Shown piece by piece: positions 28,395 to 41,173 of a stretch of 64,000 nucleotides of DNA. How positions within the stretch are numbered: position 1 is the stretch's first letter; every line of letters begins with the position of its first letter. The DNA is taken from contig NOWV01000021.1 of assembly GCA_003344405.1 (NCBI GenBank), forward strand, positions 186,001 through 250,000, in the 5' to 3' direction. Under the pieces are notes generated by a model, which did no database searches, was not told the origin of the DNA, and saw nothing but the letters and a program-made list of their open reading frames with translations. This DNA is from Trichoplax sp. H2 (Eukaryota). Both the position numbers and the translations under genes were made by a program.

Positions 28395-29039
28395 ATTGAA
28401 AACTTGTTGATAGCTCTTGCCTTGTTTCTATTCCTCGCTTCTAAACTATATTAGGCGATAATCACGATTCAGTACAGTCAGAAAATGTTGTTGTATAAAA
28501 ATGATTGTACAAATAGCGCAATAGAAGCCAACTTGAATGAAGGCTTTGCAAGCTCGCTTAATCGACGCACTTACCGAAAATATTCTCACGGTTCACTGTT
28601 GACAATTAGAATAGAATTAGAATTAATTAATCATACTCGTGAATAGTCGTGATGGTATGATACTAACAATAGTAATTTTACAGATTAGGAGGGTACAGAC
28701 AGATGTGCAGACGCAAAACTGGAGAGTCGGTACACTTGACTTGCGTCACTCAGTGATGTGCTGTCATGCTCATGCTCAGATCAAGCTACATCGCATCTTA
28801 TGGTCTTCTAGTATATTAAACTTACTGTAAACTTTCCCTTCTCTCTCGCATTGCGAAGCCTTGATTTCTATCATACCTGCAGTAGGTAGGAATGGAATAC
28901 TGTACAATATTCGACTCAAGTTTCAAGCGATTTCATTCAGATTTTTCTTGTGCACTTTGCTGAAACGCAGCAACTGTTATTTACAGTTTTAGAGTGTTCA
29001 CTGACAGTGAACCCTGTTTAGTCAAATCCAGAACATTGG

Positions 29040-29500
29040 TATACAGTATCGTATCTAGTAGTCCATGGTACAGTAAGGTACAGTAACACTGTAACAATAG
29101 TGTTAGGATCAAAGCTAGCCAATCGCCAATCGGGGCTCGGACTGTGGTTCGGACCGACTTCTAATACTGTACAATAACATGTTCGGACTCGACTGACAGT
29201 ACTGTACACTGTACTGTACAGTGTACAGTCTCCGCAGCCACGAAATGCAAGTACTGTAAACACTCCTGACCAATCATACAACAGCTTGGTCGTAAGCGGT
29301 AACTCCATTGGTTCAAATCGTATTGCAAATGCAATCCAGCATTGTTCCACACCGCCATCCCCAATTTTTTTTTGGGGGGGCCAATACAGTATTACGTCAA
29401 TATATCCAAAATACAAACTCGGAATTTGCAGTAAACTGTAGTAGATGCTTTTTGCTGCAGGATCATCACGTTATCAACTATATACTGTACTATACATTAA
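29040..29500. promoter_or_regulatory. Probable divergent promoter region (ERH/CDKN3) with CCAAT boxes and TACAGTA/TACTGTA cluster
   Basis: Lies between the two 5' ends and is locally more GC-rich. CCAAT/ATTGG near 29119, 29126, 29270, 29306 and 29381; many TACAGT/ACTGTA motifs. Confidence 0.55.
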
Positions 29501-30189
29501 TAGGCTGGCCTAACGTTAAAAGTCAAGGCAAGAAGTGAGAAAGATATTTCGGTACGGTTAGGACGCTCCATAATTGCTTCAGGAAATACAAAAGTGGAAT
29601 TTAAATTGCATTCGAGGTATGTGCCACTATCTCTCACTCAAGTAGTACCACAACTGTTGCTTCTAGCTCGAAACCTAGTACTGTATGTATGGTTGTTATC
29701 CTTCTTGTTGTTCGTTAAAGCGTAATTCTGAAATGAGTTAACAGTACATACTTGCATAAATAGAGTAGACAAGACCACTGGACCCGGGACTTTTAAGAGA
29801 ATTTCTCTTAAAAATCCTTAATATGGTGGACATGATTTTTATTGATTGTACTGTATACTGTAATAGTATGTTACTAGAATACTGTATATGCTTACAATAC
29901 AGTATGTTAAACTTCGGCAAAACATCTCACTAGATAGAATGTACTCAAATGCTATATTTGCAGTTGCAATTCATTGTTTTGGAATACTGTAAACAGTAAT
30001 GATTTTAACCTCAGAAGACATCATAAGAAAAAAAACAACGTATTTACAGTATATTTAATGGTGTATCATACGAGTATAAACATACTATGCTGTCTTTACT
30101 TTGATTCACAGTTACATTCCATACAACTACTGTGCATCTTTTACAATATTCATTGGCGATATTCTTAAAGGGGAACACTATCGGAGCAA

Positions 30190-32579
30190 ATGGTCAAGGT
30201 ATAGTAACATGCTATAGCAGTAAATAAACACTGCCAATCTATTACATGCTCTCAAATTGCATCAACGTTCAGTATGACGAAAATGATCTAATAAAATTAA
30301 AATAATATTGTCAAAGTTATTTTTAACCACTTTTATTATTATTATAAGAAATTGGATCCCATTACCCACTATCACAAAGAGTGTAAATACGCATATTTTA
30401 ATTATTGATATCAAGTAATACTCATTCCCATTCCATACTAATCAACGCTACTTTATGCTAGCGTATTTCTGTGTAAAATTTTATATTCTGTCTACGATAG
30501 TCTTCTATGCACTACGCGACTCTAGTATTCGAATTTAATGTCAAAAATTGGTGCAATGGTAAACCTACGTTGGATAAAGTACATGTCAATTCTACTTGCA
30601 ATTCTAGGATTATCGTGAATTAAACTTGATTTCTACTTCAAGAAATCAAGTATATGATTCTTCGTCCGACGATGAATCAAATGACGATCAGCAAGCTCGA
30701 TCTTTATCAATATCTTGGTATGCAAATAGTTACTATAATTACTATAATACGTTATACTACTCAGAATGTAATTGATCTATAATTGTAAAACTACCCTATT
30801 TATAGAAATGCTCTAGTCTAGTACTGTAGCTAACTACAAGAAATTTCATGATTATATCAACTTTACATCGAATAAAATTACTCCACTACAGAATATGAAA
30901 TGAAGCTATGTATTCATAGCTGCCTATGTTTATAGCTGTAATTCAATATACGCGTAATTGCTGCCTTATTATACACGTAATTGCTGCCTTATTATACACG
31001 TAATTATAGGATTAAACCGGAGTATTTACAAATCGATAACGAGAGAGCACTTATAGGAATTAGTGAGCTTCCCGGTAAGTTAGGCGATTGCTTAGAACTG
31101 CCTTAGCTATGAGTTGGAAAATGAACATTCTTCTATTTATTATCTGTATCGCAATCAAATGAACGATTTTAATCTAATGGCGATCTAAATGCAATATCAA
31201 CTGTTTCGTACTTACGTATGCGAATATAATATTAGGTCTTATCAAATCTACGTAGTTAAAACAATCAAATAAAACTAGTCTTCGCTTATATTTTCTATTA
31301 CGGACTCTCTTCTTCTACTAGGGTGTAGATATAGCATTGTTCGCCGAAGCATTGAAGATGATATTGGTTTGTAATGTGAAATTAATCTAGTAAACCTACA
31401 TTTGGCAACTACTTGTAATATCTTCGTACGCTGAAATTGTACAGTCAATTTTTGGATCTCGGGATAAATATAAATATTTTTATGATAGTAAATACTCTTC
31501 TGACAATAAATTAATTATACCATCGTTTAAAGTATGTATAGCAGCTCTGTATGCTGTAATATCTTCGTGCGCTGAAATTTTGTAAAGTCAATTTTAAATC
31601 TCACGATAGATATAAATATTTTTGTGATAGTAAATTCTCTTCTTTATTTAATGATCTACTGTGCAGATACCATAAAACGATGGAAGATTGAAGACGTTTT
31701 CGTCTTTTGTACAAGAAATGAACTATCGGCGTAAGTTATTAATACGAAATTAGACTAATAAGGGCTACCAAAATTTACGGTAACACAATCACTTTAGTTT
31801 CTAGTACCTAGAAACTTATACGCTTTAGATGCAATAAAGTCAGTCGTGACATATAATCTTCATTTAACTGATATCACGGTATTCTTTCGATGCAGCTGTA
31901 GGATATCGGATTTATGTCAACAATACGTTCATGAAGGCATAAATTCTCATCATTATCCAATGGAAGTGGCACAAAGAATGAGTATCAGAGAGTTGAGGAA
32001 TATCATTGATGACATCCGCAGATGCATCGAAAGAGGAAGAAATATTTTATTACAGTATGTTACTATACTCTTTATTGAAGCCTGCTTTCGTTGAGCCATT
32101 TCAAATAACGAAATTCTTGTTCTTTGTCATCGATACGGGTAAATGCTAAAGCTGTGTAAACGGATATTGTCGATCCTGCGTAGGTTAGCATTTGCATTCT
32201 TAACTGTTTATTCAAGCTCCTTAATAATACTAACGATTAATCTTTACTTTTAAATTATTCTGGCATTTACTATTAAACATTAACACGACCAGTTGCCTGT
32301 GCTTTATTACTGGAAATGAACCCACTTCTAAGTGCTGAAGAAGCAATACAAGTAGTTAGAGATATACGTGGCAATGCGGCTATACAAACCGTTGCTGTAA
32401 GTTGAGGATTATTTGGCGCAAAACTAATCGTTGCATTAACACTATCTTAATTTTGAACTATATAATAGCAATATAACTTCTTGATGGAATACAAAACGGA
32501 AGCCACAAGTGGGCCGGGCCCTACTGGCTCTATGATAGATCCTAGACCAAGCGACACCTGGCAGTCAGTTATTAGATAG
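30190..32579 (+). CDS. CDKN3: Cyclin-dependent kinase inhibitor 3 / KAP dual-specificity phosphatase
   Basis: Exons 30190-30198, 30608-30717, 31010-31074, 31322-31366, 31667-31730, 31896-32054, 32152-32183, 32293-32396, 32469-32579. Motifs YDSSSDDE, LSISW, ELPGCRY..VRRSIEDD, IEDVFVFCTRNELS, HCVNGYCRSC (CX5R), IRGNAAIQTVAQYNFL parallel human KAP (FDSSDEE, LPGCKF, DIFVFCTRGELS, HCYGGLGRS, LRGSGAIQTIKQYNYL). Confidence 0.92.
30952..31006. repeat. 23-bp tandem duplication abutting a CDKN3 splice acceptor
   Basis: cgtaattgctgccttattataca twice, then cgtaattatag (acceptor). Confidence 0.85.
31414..31642. repeat. ~87-bp imperfect direct repeat in a CDKN3 intron
   Basis: tgtaatatcttcgtRcgctgaaatt...atataaatattttt.tgatagtaaat.ctcttc at ~31414-31500 and ~31556-31642. 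Confidence 0.85.
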
Positions 32580-33407
32580 TGCTATTGTTTTACGAGTATA
32601 TACACTTAAATTCTTGAAAATTCATATGACTAGATTTCAATCTTGAACTGGTATAGTGATTAGTAGTTAAAATTAAAATTTTTATCGTTTGTAGTTGCTA
32701 CGGAATTTTTGATATGTCTGATCTAGTTTACAGAAAATTGCATTACTCTTATTTATGATATGTAATTGCTACTAGAACTAACGATAGTAGCCGCACCTAT
32801 TTGTACTTTTATTATCCTATATAAATATTGAATTCTACAGTTCTCGACACAATTTGATCACAGCTCGAGACCTACTATTTTGAAATAGCGTATTATAATT
32901 TACTCCGCTGATATTGCAATACCAAAGTTTATTTCCGAAAATAAAAATGTACTCCATCAATACCTTCGTAGTGAGAATAACTTATTACTTATTGCTAATG
33001 AACCGTAAACAGATCAGATAAACCAACTGTAGTGACTTCGATAATGGAATTTCAAGTAGTCACTGCTTTATGACTAGGTGCAGCTTATAATATAAAATAG
33101 CGCTTTTCGTGTATTTACGACACATTTTTATATCTAATTTCATGATTACTACTTATTGAAAACAGCCCCTTTAATGCTTGCATTATTGCTAGTACAGAAT
33201 ACTATACGCCTATCTCAGCAGTCCGCATCTTGCATATAAGTTTTGGTAAAACATTAGAAAAGTTTTTTAACATGATGAGCTTATTTGCTTACAGCAATTG
33301 CAGTAGAATTACTTTAATCATCAACGCTGCGTTAATTAGCAGCATTGTATAATTAATTTGAGAGAAAAAGACTTGTGGCAATAAAGCAACTGAATATATC
33401 AAACAGA

Positions 33408-34893
33408 TTAGTTCTCTTTTCGTTTCCATATAGTGCAATGAGCGACTGACCATTGATTCTTATGTGCAGTTTCTCGAATAAAAAATTGCATATTCTCATC
33501 ATCGATAAGATCAAAATGTGTACCAAGTATCGATTTCAACGTATCGAAACCTGTAACTGGTTTGCCATCTTTGTCCAAATAACCACCAATCCATTTATCC
33601 TACAACGCAGATAGATAAATTCGTACGATCATCAATTGATATTACTGAACCGTAGTACAGAATATCAATAGTAATTAGTATTATATTATTATTATTAGTG
33701 ATCCCTGTGTAACTGACACTAGCTATGCCAGGGATGTGATAGTAAGTAAATTCGTACGCCTACTGTATGTACATGTACAGTACCTTGATCAACTAAATCA
33801 AGATCACAGAAATTTCTTAAAAATAGCTACAAACCTTAGGTGTAAACTGTTCCAACCACGTATACGGCGACGTAATTACTAAAATACCTCCTGCAGCTAC
33901 CAATGACGGAAGACGGTATAGAAATGCACGTGTATCTGGTAATCGGCAAATCAAATTTGCTGCCAGGACGCAGCCAAATTGTCCAAGATTTGTTGGTAAA
34001 TTGCATGCATCACCGCATTGAAAGTGTACGCGAGATCGATCCTATATTATTATTAAATATGCAATACCACCAATGCTTATTAATATCACACTATATGTGG
34101 TATCATAATTAAAAGGTATATGGTTAATCAAGACCTATTACAGTATGATGAAAACACTTTCACATCACTGTAACAAAATAAGCACATGGTGCTACTCTTA
34201 CAGCAATGCAAGTATAGATTACTGTAGATAATATTGCAGCTGATAAACATGTATACGCGTTCTTACAATATCAGCTGGAATTTCTGCAGTGCAAGGTTTA
34301 GTAAGGTCTCCTTCATTGATAATAGAATAGTCCATTCGACCCTTTTTTTTTAATTCATTGCAAGCATTAATAAAAGATTGCGAATAATCAATGCCAACAA
34401 CTTCATCAAAACATCGTGCTAAGTCGAAAGAAGACGCTCCCACTGCACAGCCAATATCTAAAGCACGGCGAGGTGTGGTATTCTAACGGATGTACCGTAA
34501 ATCAAAACATGTACAAATCAGCAGCTAGATAAACAAAACAAGATTACAAGCTCTAAAAAGTCACTGTATAATAGTGTATATATATATAAATATATCTATA
34601 TGTTTGATTACTTGATAGTGCTTGATGCACTGGTCAGCACAGCGCTGGGGGAATTCTAATGCTTGCGCAGGAAAGAACTTATACTGCAGTAGATCAAGTT
34701 CCTTGCCAAAATGCATGGCCAAGTATTCATCTAGTAGCTTTCGGGTTTCATAGTAATCAGTTTCCTTGCTCTTACTAGCACTACTACTACAGAATACTAA
34801 TCGACTTAGCAAGTATCCTATAGTTAAACCAGTTCCTGCAGCAAGAGCATATTTAGAAAAGCTGCTATCAAGATTTGCAATTAACTTGGACAT
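33408..34893 (-). CDS. Stand-alone class I SAM methyltransferase resembling the C-terminal 5-thiohistidine N-methyltransferase domain of ovothiol synthase OvoA, with an N-terminal hydrophobic segment
   Basis: Exons 34893-34612, 34482-34267, 34041-33835, 33599-33408 (all phase 0). Motifs YYETRKLLDEYLAMHFG, EFPQRCA, RALDIGCAVGASSFDLARCFDEVVGIDYS, GDACNL, LAANLICRL, GGILVITSPYTWLEQFT, WIGG, FIRET. An upstream GTG at 34938 is also in frame. Confidence 0.88.
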
Positions 34894-34989
34894 TTTTTTT
34901 TCTCTATCCACCACGATCAGTATCCACGAGGTCTTCACTATGCTGGTGTAGCGCTAGTGCGCTACTCTATGTAGCAGTAGTAACAGGAA

Positions 34990-35420
34990 TAACCATTGGT
35001 TGATTAGTAAATCATACCGCAAACGGGGTACAGTACTAAGAGTGTACTGTGCAATATACTGTACACTGTGCAGTAATGTACTGTACTGTAGCCACCTCCC
35101 CCCGTTCCAGTACTGTACAATACAATACGCCACAGTACGATGTACTGTAGTGGGTAGTACTGTACACTGTACCGTACAGTACAGTAATTCGTGGTTAAGC
35201 GGTAGGCTAGAATAAGCAAACTTAAAGCGTACACTGGACAGTAATTCAATGGAAGTGGGTAAAAATCGACTCGATCTCAGGTCGATTATGCTTACTATTT
35301 TACCTATTATTCGACCGAAAGTACTGTTATACTGTTGTGGTCGATGAGTCCATTAGTATTAGATTGTACAGTACTGTAGATTTATTTTGCAGTCCATGAA
35401 TGATAACTGTACAGTATAAC
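34990..35420. promoter_or_regulatory. Probable divergent promoter (methyltransferase / F-box-WD40) densely packed with TACAGTA/TACTGTA
   Basis: More than ten ACTGT/ACAGT cores within 35028-35190, an ATTGG box near 34995 and a C-rich tract near 35093-35103. Confidence 0.55.
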
Positions 35421-36194
35421 AGAGATCATACTAGAGACTTTCGAGTGGATAGAGAGGGAAGCAGAGCTGATAGTTAGTCACTTTATACGTTACCATAACA
35501 ACGGAGACCAACAATAATAGCAGCACCATGATCTTCTGCGTTGGATAGTACATCTTTGATTAGAGAGAACAGTATATAAGGATTACTGAGAGTTGTGGGA
35601 TGCTTTTTAGAAATCGGGTACTTCGACCTCGATTTATGAATAGTTTATGAATAAATCATAATAATTAATTTACCCTGTGTATGCTACAGTAGAAGATTTA
35701 GAAATGAGGCATTAACAACCTCTCAACCTAATTCAACTAGCACATTAATACGTACGGGTATATAACTGCAACTATCGTATATTCAACGTATTTCAAAGAG
35801 TAGTTACATAGTTACTGTATAACGTGCGGTTTACTGATCTGCATTGTACAATAAATAGATACAGAAGGTTATAATTACTTAGAGTACGAGTCCCTAATCA
35901 TAACCGTATTGTAGCTCGTAAAGATTTCAGTAACACTAAAGCAACATCAAGAATAATTGTATTATTTCAAAATCAAACAAGACGAATTTCTCTTATGAAT
36001 TATCGATAACAAGAAAACACCTCCTGTCTTACTAGTTATTATTATAAAAAATACACAGCTAAACAAGTAATTATTATGGTATTCTACGTACTGAATATTA
36101 TTATTGCAACGTTTTACTGACTGAAATAATTCACTTATGCTGTGATTATCCAATTTCGTAAAAGAGACCAACAGCACCTTTCAGTAGTTAAAGT

Positions 36195-39100
36195 ATGGAT
36201 GATGAAAAGCAAATTGAAGAAGAAAATACAAACTTTTTTCAACTTCCAAGCTTACCAAATTACAGGAAAACGGGAGTTAGCTTGTCTTTCATACCTTCTT
36301 TAAAACAAAATCGAATTTTACATGATACGAAGGTGAAACCATTACTGAATTTTGACGATAAAGCAATCTTACCCAATGTGAATGGCCAAAAGCTAGAGAT
36401 TGATATATTATCCGAATCAATAAGTTTAAATAGAATTTGTTTTAAGATTTGCCGTTGGTTTTCGATGTGGAATATATACCAGCAAAAAATTTTCATTTCT
36501 AGTTTGGTCGAAAAATGTTCTGAAAATGTCTTAGTACAACTCGATTCAACCCTTGAACCAGTATATCATCACGATTTTAAAATTCAATTGACACATAGAC
36601 GAAGCAAGAGCAGTCCTATACCAAATACGATTGCTAGTAGGAGTACTAGTGGTAAATCGGATATCAACAGCTACAGTGATGCTACAATGAACTCATCGGA
36701 GGCACAAAGTAGTGAAACACTAAGAAATTCCTTACGATCTTATGATTTTAGAAATAGTGATTACTGGACGAACGAAAAATATTCGTCGTCTCAACGGCCT
36801 GCACTGACAATTACGAAACGTCTTAAATCTACCAGCTTAAGAAATACCACACATCAAGATGTTGCAACAATAACGAAAAACTCTGAAAATGAATTTAAAG
36901 ATCAACTAAAACACGTCCTGAAAGTAAAATTAGTCTATTTTACTATTTCATGGCTAACCTTACCTTATCCTTAAGTCTTTATTTATAGCTTAAATCTTTC
37001 ATTTTTTCAATCATCAAATAGAGAATCGATCACTGGTCTGAGGGAAAAACCGAAGTACTTCTAATGACAATTGCTAAGGAAGCAACACCATCAGTATTAC
37101 AATACCTAGCTAATTGCGTGAATCAACGGTGAATTGACCATGTTACTATTACCTTAAATTTTTTTGTCCAATTCTTATGAGAAATATAATTTATCAAATA
37201 GTTTGGATCATCGCCTTAATATAAACTGCCTAACAGATAAAATACTATTAACTATTTTCTCCAATCTGGATCCCCAAAGCATTTGTCGTTGCGCTCAAGT
37301 ATGTATCTACTATGCATAGTAATCAATATTCAAGTATCGATATAGTATTAAATTATTAATATTCTGTAGTAGCTGATTAGATCGATATTTCTGTTTTTGT
37401 TTAATATAGACTTGCCAGCGATGGAGGTATCTTACTAAAGATAATTCATTATGGTATTCTAAATGCGATGAATTAAGTGAGTACCTATCTTCATAATTAA
37501 GTTGTTTTACATCTGAATATTACTTAATAACATAAAATATGAATGTACCTCATCAATATATCATCAGCTGACGAAGTCGAGGCGCAAGACTTGATGGATG
37601 TTATAGAAGAATCTGCCAAAGAACATGATGTAAGCATCGATTGGAAACTGGCATATCAAGAATTAATCAATATCATTAACAATAATTTAACAAGCGAATA
37701 CTCCGCCAATATTTCCCGGGGAAGCTTATTTACCGAGCACTACGGTACTATAGCTTCTAGACTAATTATTAAATTTTGTTTTTTTCAGTCTTGATATTGA
37801 TAAATATACGATACATATAATGCTATGAATTGTAAAGCAAATTCTTGATATTAATGCATCGGCATTTATTTTCATTAGGCATCAAATTTCTAGAGGATAT
37901 TAACAATACTATTGAAAAGGAATATGCTAACTTACGTATGAAAACGAATTGTTAAATTTCTTAATTAGCCTGTGTATACTAAAAGTTAAGGTACTCGTAA
38001 TCATACTATTTTTAATTAATAGTAAATAGGAAAACACCAGAGATACGTATTGGTAGAGCGTTCGGTAAATAAGACGGAGATATAATCAGTCTTTTAAATC
38101 ATAATTATGTACTTTATAGGCATTTTCATGGCCAAATTTTTAACTGCTCTACTGATAGATATACACCATGAAGCTGAATGTCAAACTATAGCCGATACTA
38201 GAACAGAAGAAGATCCTTACTATGACGATGATTCAATAGATTCTTTTCACAATTTGGTAAAGATTTAGATTAAGAATTTATGTGCTGTGCTGCACTGATA
38301 TGAAGCCTTTATCATAATTTTTGAAATAACGATACGCGTAATTTAAAACCATGGCGCGGTAATTTCTGATAAATCAATCATGCCACATCAATTTAGCTGA
38401 ATAACATTATTTGATTCTTCTTGACGTACTAGAACCTTGGAACACTCGCAAAAGTTGTGCATTTCACTTCAAAACTAGCAAATGAAAGAAATGCAGTCCG
38501 TTCAGGAATTGTTAGGCCTTTAAAGCACGTTTTCCGGCTGCAAGTAAGTCTGATGTTATCTACAATAAAATTTATTATACGTTGAAATATTATTATCTTA
38601 TTGTAGGGACATCTTGAAGCGGTCATGTGCCTACAATTCGATAAATGTAAAATTATTTCGGGATCCGCAGATCGTACTTTAAGGTATGATTGTTGTAAAG
38701 TGAAAAAAAATCTTTGAAATTTATAGCTGCCACTAAAGCATCCATTTTCATAGAACAGAGGCAAATTAATTTTGTTGCAATTTATGTCAATACTTACTAG
38801 ACTATGGGATATTCGAAGTGGTAGACCCGTCAAAGTAGTTCATCACCATAAGGCATGTTTGAAAAACAGGATAAAATTTAACGACAATACCTGCGATCAG
38901 TTTAATAACAACCATTGACCAATTTTTTACTTACCAGGGAGGAATTAGATGTCTTCAGTATGATGATAATATCATTGTTACTGGCTCATGGGATGCCACT
39001 GTTCGAGTATGAAACACTTAATTTTTTGCTAAAATTAGAATCTACATTTATTTTCATATGTTACTACGCTTCCTTAGAGTACAATCTGAATTCCAGACTA

Positions 39101-41173
39101 ACAAAATTGATACTATAAAGAACTACGTATGTAATAAATCTATACACTTTCAATTAGGTATGGGACATCATACAATATAAAACATTAAACATATTGTATA
39201 AGCATCGAGATTGTGTTTCCTGTCTGCAGTTTACTGAAGAGAAACTGTAAGAAAGAACTAGGCAACTTAATCTTAATATTATTGATACAATACAATGTTA
39301 AATCATTTAGGATTGATAACTATCATTTTGATCTATCTAGTGTTACTGGTAGCTATGATAGCACTTTATGTGTATGGAATATGAAGAATTGGGAATGTAA
39401 AGGTGTTTTTAAGGGCCATACCGGTCAGTTATTAACACTTTAGTAATTAATGATTAGAAATAAATTAACATAAAGATAAAAAAATTAAAGATGGTCCAAC
39501 TTTCTATTCAGATTCAGTAAATTGTCTTCACTTCGATGGACGAATGGTATTGAGTGGCTCTACAGATAAGTAAGTTATTTTGTAAGATTACCGTAGAAAC
39601 GTAATTCGAATATTATAATTTCTTTCATAAACTCATATGCCAATTGGATATCTTCTACTTGATATAGGACACTATTATACTGGAACTGTGAAACATTAGA
39701 GTGCCTCCATAGGTTTACAGGCCATACTGATGCAGTATTGTCTTTAGAGGTTAATATTATAGTATAAGGAATTCAGTTGTATACTATTTAAAGTTACAAG
39801 TAATGAGCATTATAGCTGAATAATGCTTATTGATAATATTGCAATATTGATAACTAAGATCGCTACTATATTGCGGTTTTTTGTAGGTTCGCAGTGGATT
39901 AGCTGCAAGCGGTTCTGCTGATGGTAAAATTATGTTTTGGAATTTAAAACATAAATTTCATGAAGCAACGGTAGCTATTCATAAGATTCCAGTGAGATCA
40001 ATCCGGTTTATGGGTTTAAGATTCTTCGCAGGATTAGAGTATGTGAATATTTGCTTCTACACCTATGATTTTATACTCGTATCATACTTTATCAACATTA
40101 TTAATCGTAGAATTGAGGAACAACTACATAGTATAAGCAAGCGATGAATGCAAAATTCTCGCTGTTATCAGTTTAAAAGTTTCTTGGCACCATTAGCCCG
40201 AAAGATTTTAAATCAAAGCTACGATATGTACTAATATAGTTGTTGAGCCTCTATAGTACTTACTTCTATAGATATCGTATTTCAAGTTGATCTATTACTT
40301 ACCGCATTACTATGTTAGAATGTGCTACGTAATACAAAAATGTATCGTACTGATTCATTCTCTTATTAATTTTACAGTGATGGCAATATTAAAGAATTTG
40401 ATCTAAGAACTGGCATTTACATTCGAACCCTTAGTGGTCATTTTGGTCCCGTTCAGTGCTTACAGGTAAGCTGCTCAACATTTTACCTTAGTTACAGCGT
40501 GAGAAAAGTAAATTTAAGGTATAGCTATGTTTTAAGCTTAATATGTACAGTATATGTTGGTTAACACCAAGATATTTTACTATGATTTAAAATAATCTTT
40601 CAATATTAACATTGCTCCATGAAGTATTTCGTTTTAAGCATTAAAATAAATAAATCTTAAAACCACATCGTACTTTAAATTACGTACAAACTAGATTCAA
40701 AAGAAAAGAATGATATCATCATCAGATGATGGCTCAATTCGGATCTGGGATATGAAAGAAGCTCCCCTACAAGTAAGTTAATTCATGACGTCTGCCGCCT
40801 ATAGTATACCCACGGTAGCCATTATAGTTTAGCTTGCAGTACTAAGAATTTGCCATAAAAGAACTTTTGGATATCGGAGATAACTTTAAATTAATAAAAT
40901 TTTATTAAAGTAATTTGTAGTCGATAGATTACAGATAAAACCTGTAACTTTGACCGTTAGTAAATATATCAATGTAGTATTCATTAGAATTTAAACATGC
41001 CATATTTATCCATCATTCTGCAGCCTCACATTAGGTGCAAGATATTTCTAGAGGTATTGATACGAAATAATGTATTTTTCTAGGTTGGTAATAAATCCTA
41101 TCCACGTTTACTAAATAAAATAGTCCTACCTCCAAATGTAATTACTGAAGAATTGATGGAATTACAAATTTAA
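36195..41173 (+). CDS. F-box / WD40-repeat protein (SCF substrate adaptor; FBXW family, long N-terminus loosely reminiscent of FBXW10)
   Basis: Exons 36195-36923, 37022-37128, 37202-37298, 37410-37476, 37568-37744, 37879-37935, 38023-38064, 38159-38256, 38433-38543, 38607-38683, 38801-38852, 38938-39006, 39158-39246, 39341-39423, 39512-39569, 39668-39749, 39887-40038, 40378-40465, 40695-40772, 41084-41173. F-box LTDKILLTIFSNLDPQSICRCAQTCQRWRYL; seven WD40 repeats (GHLEAVMCL..SGSADRTLRLWD, GHTDSVNCL, GHTDAVLSL, GHFGPVQCL..IRIWD). Linker exons are less certain. Confidence 0.9.

Noticed and set aside
28066..35249. Cys/Tyr/Thr/Val-rich short ORFs at 28066, 29018, 29161, 35000 and 35004
   Set aside because: Products of TACAGT/ACTGTA motif clouds in intron or promoter DNA.
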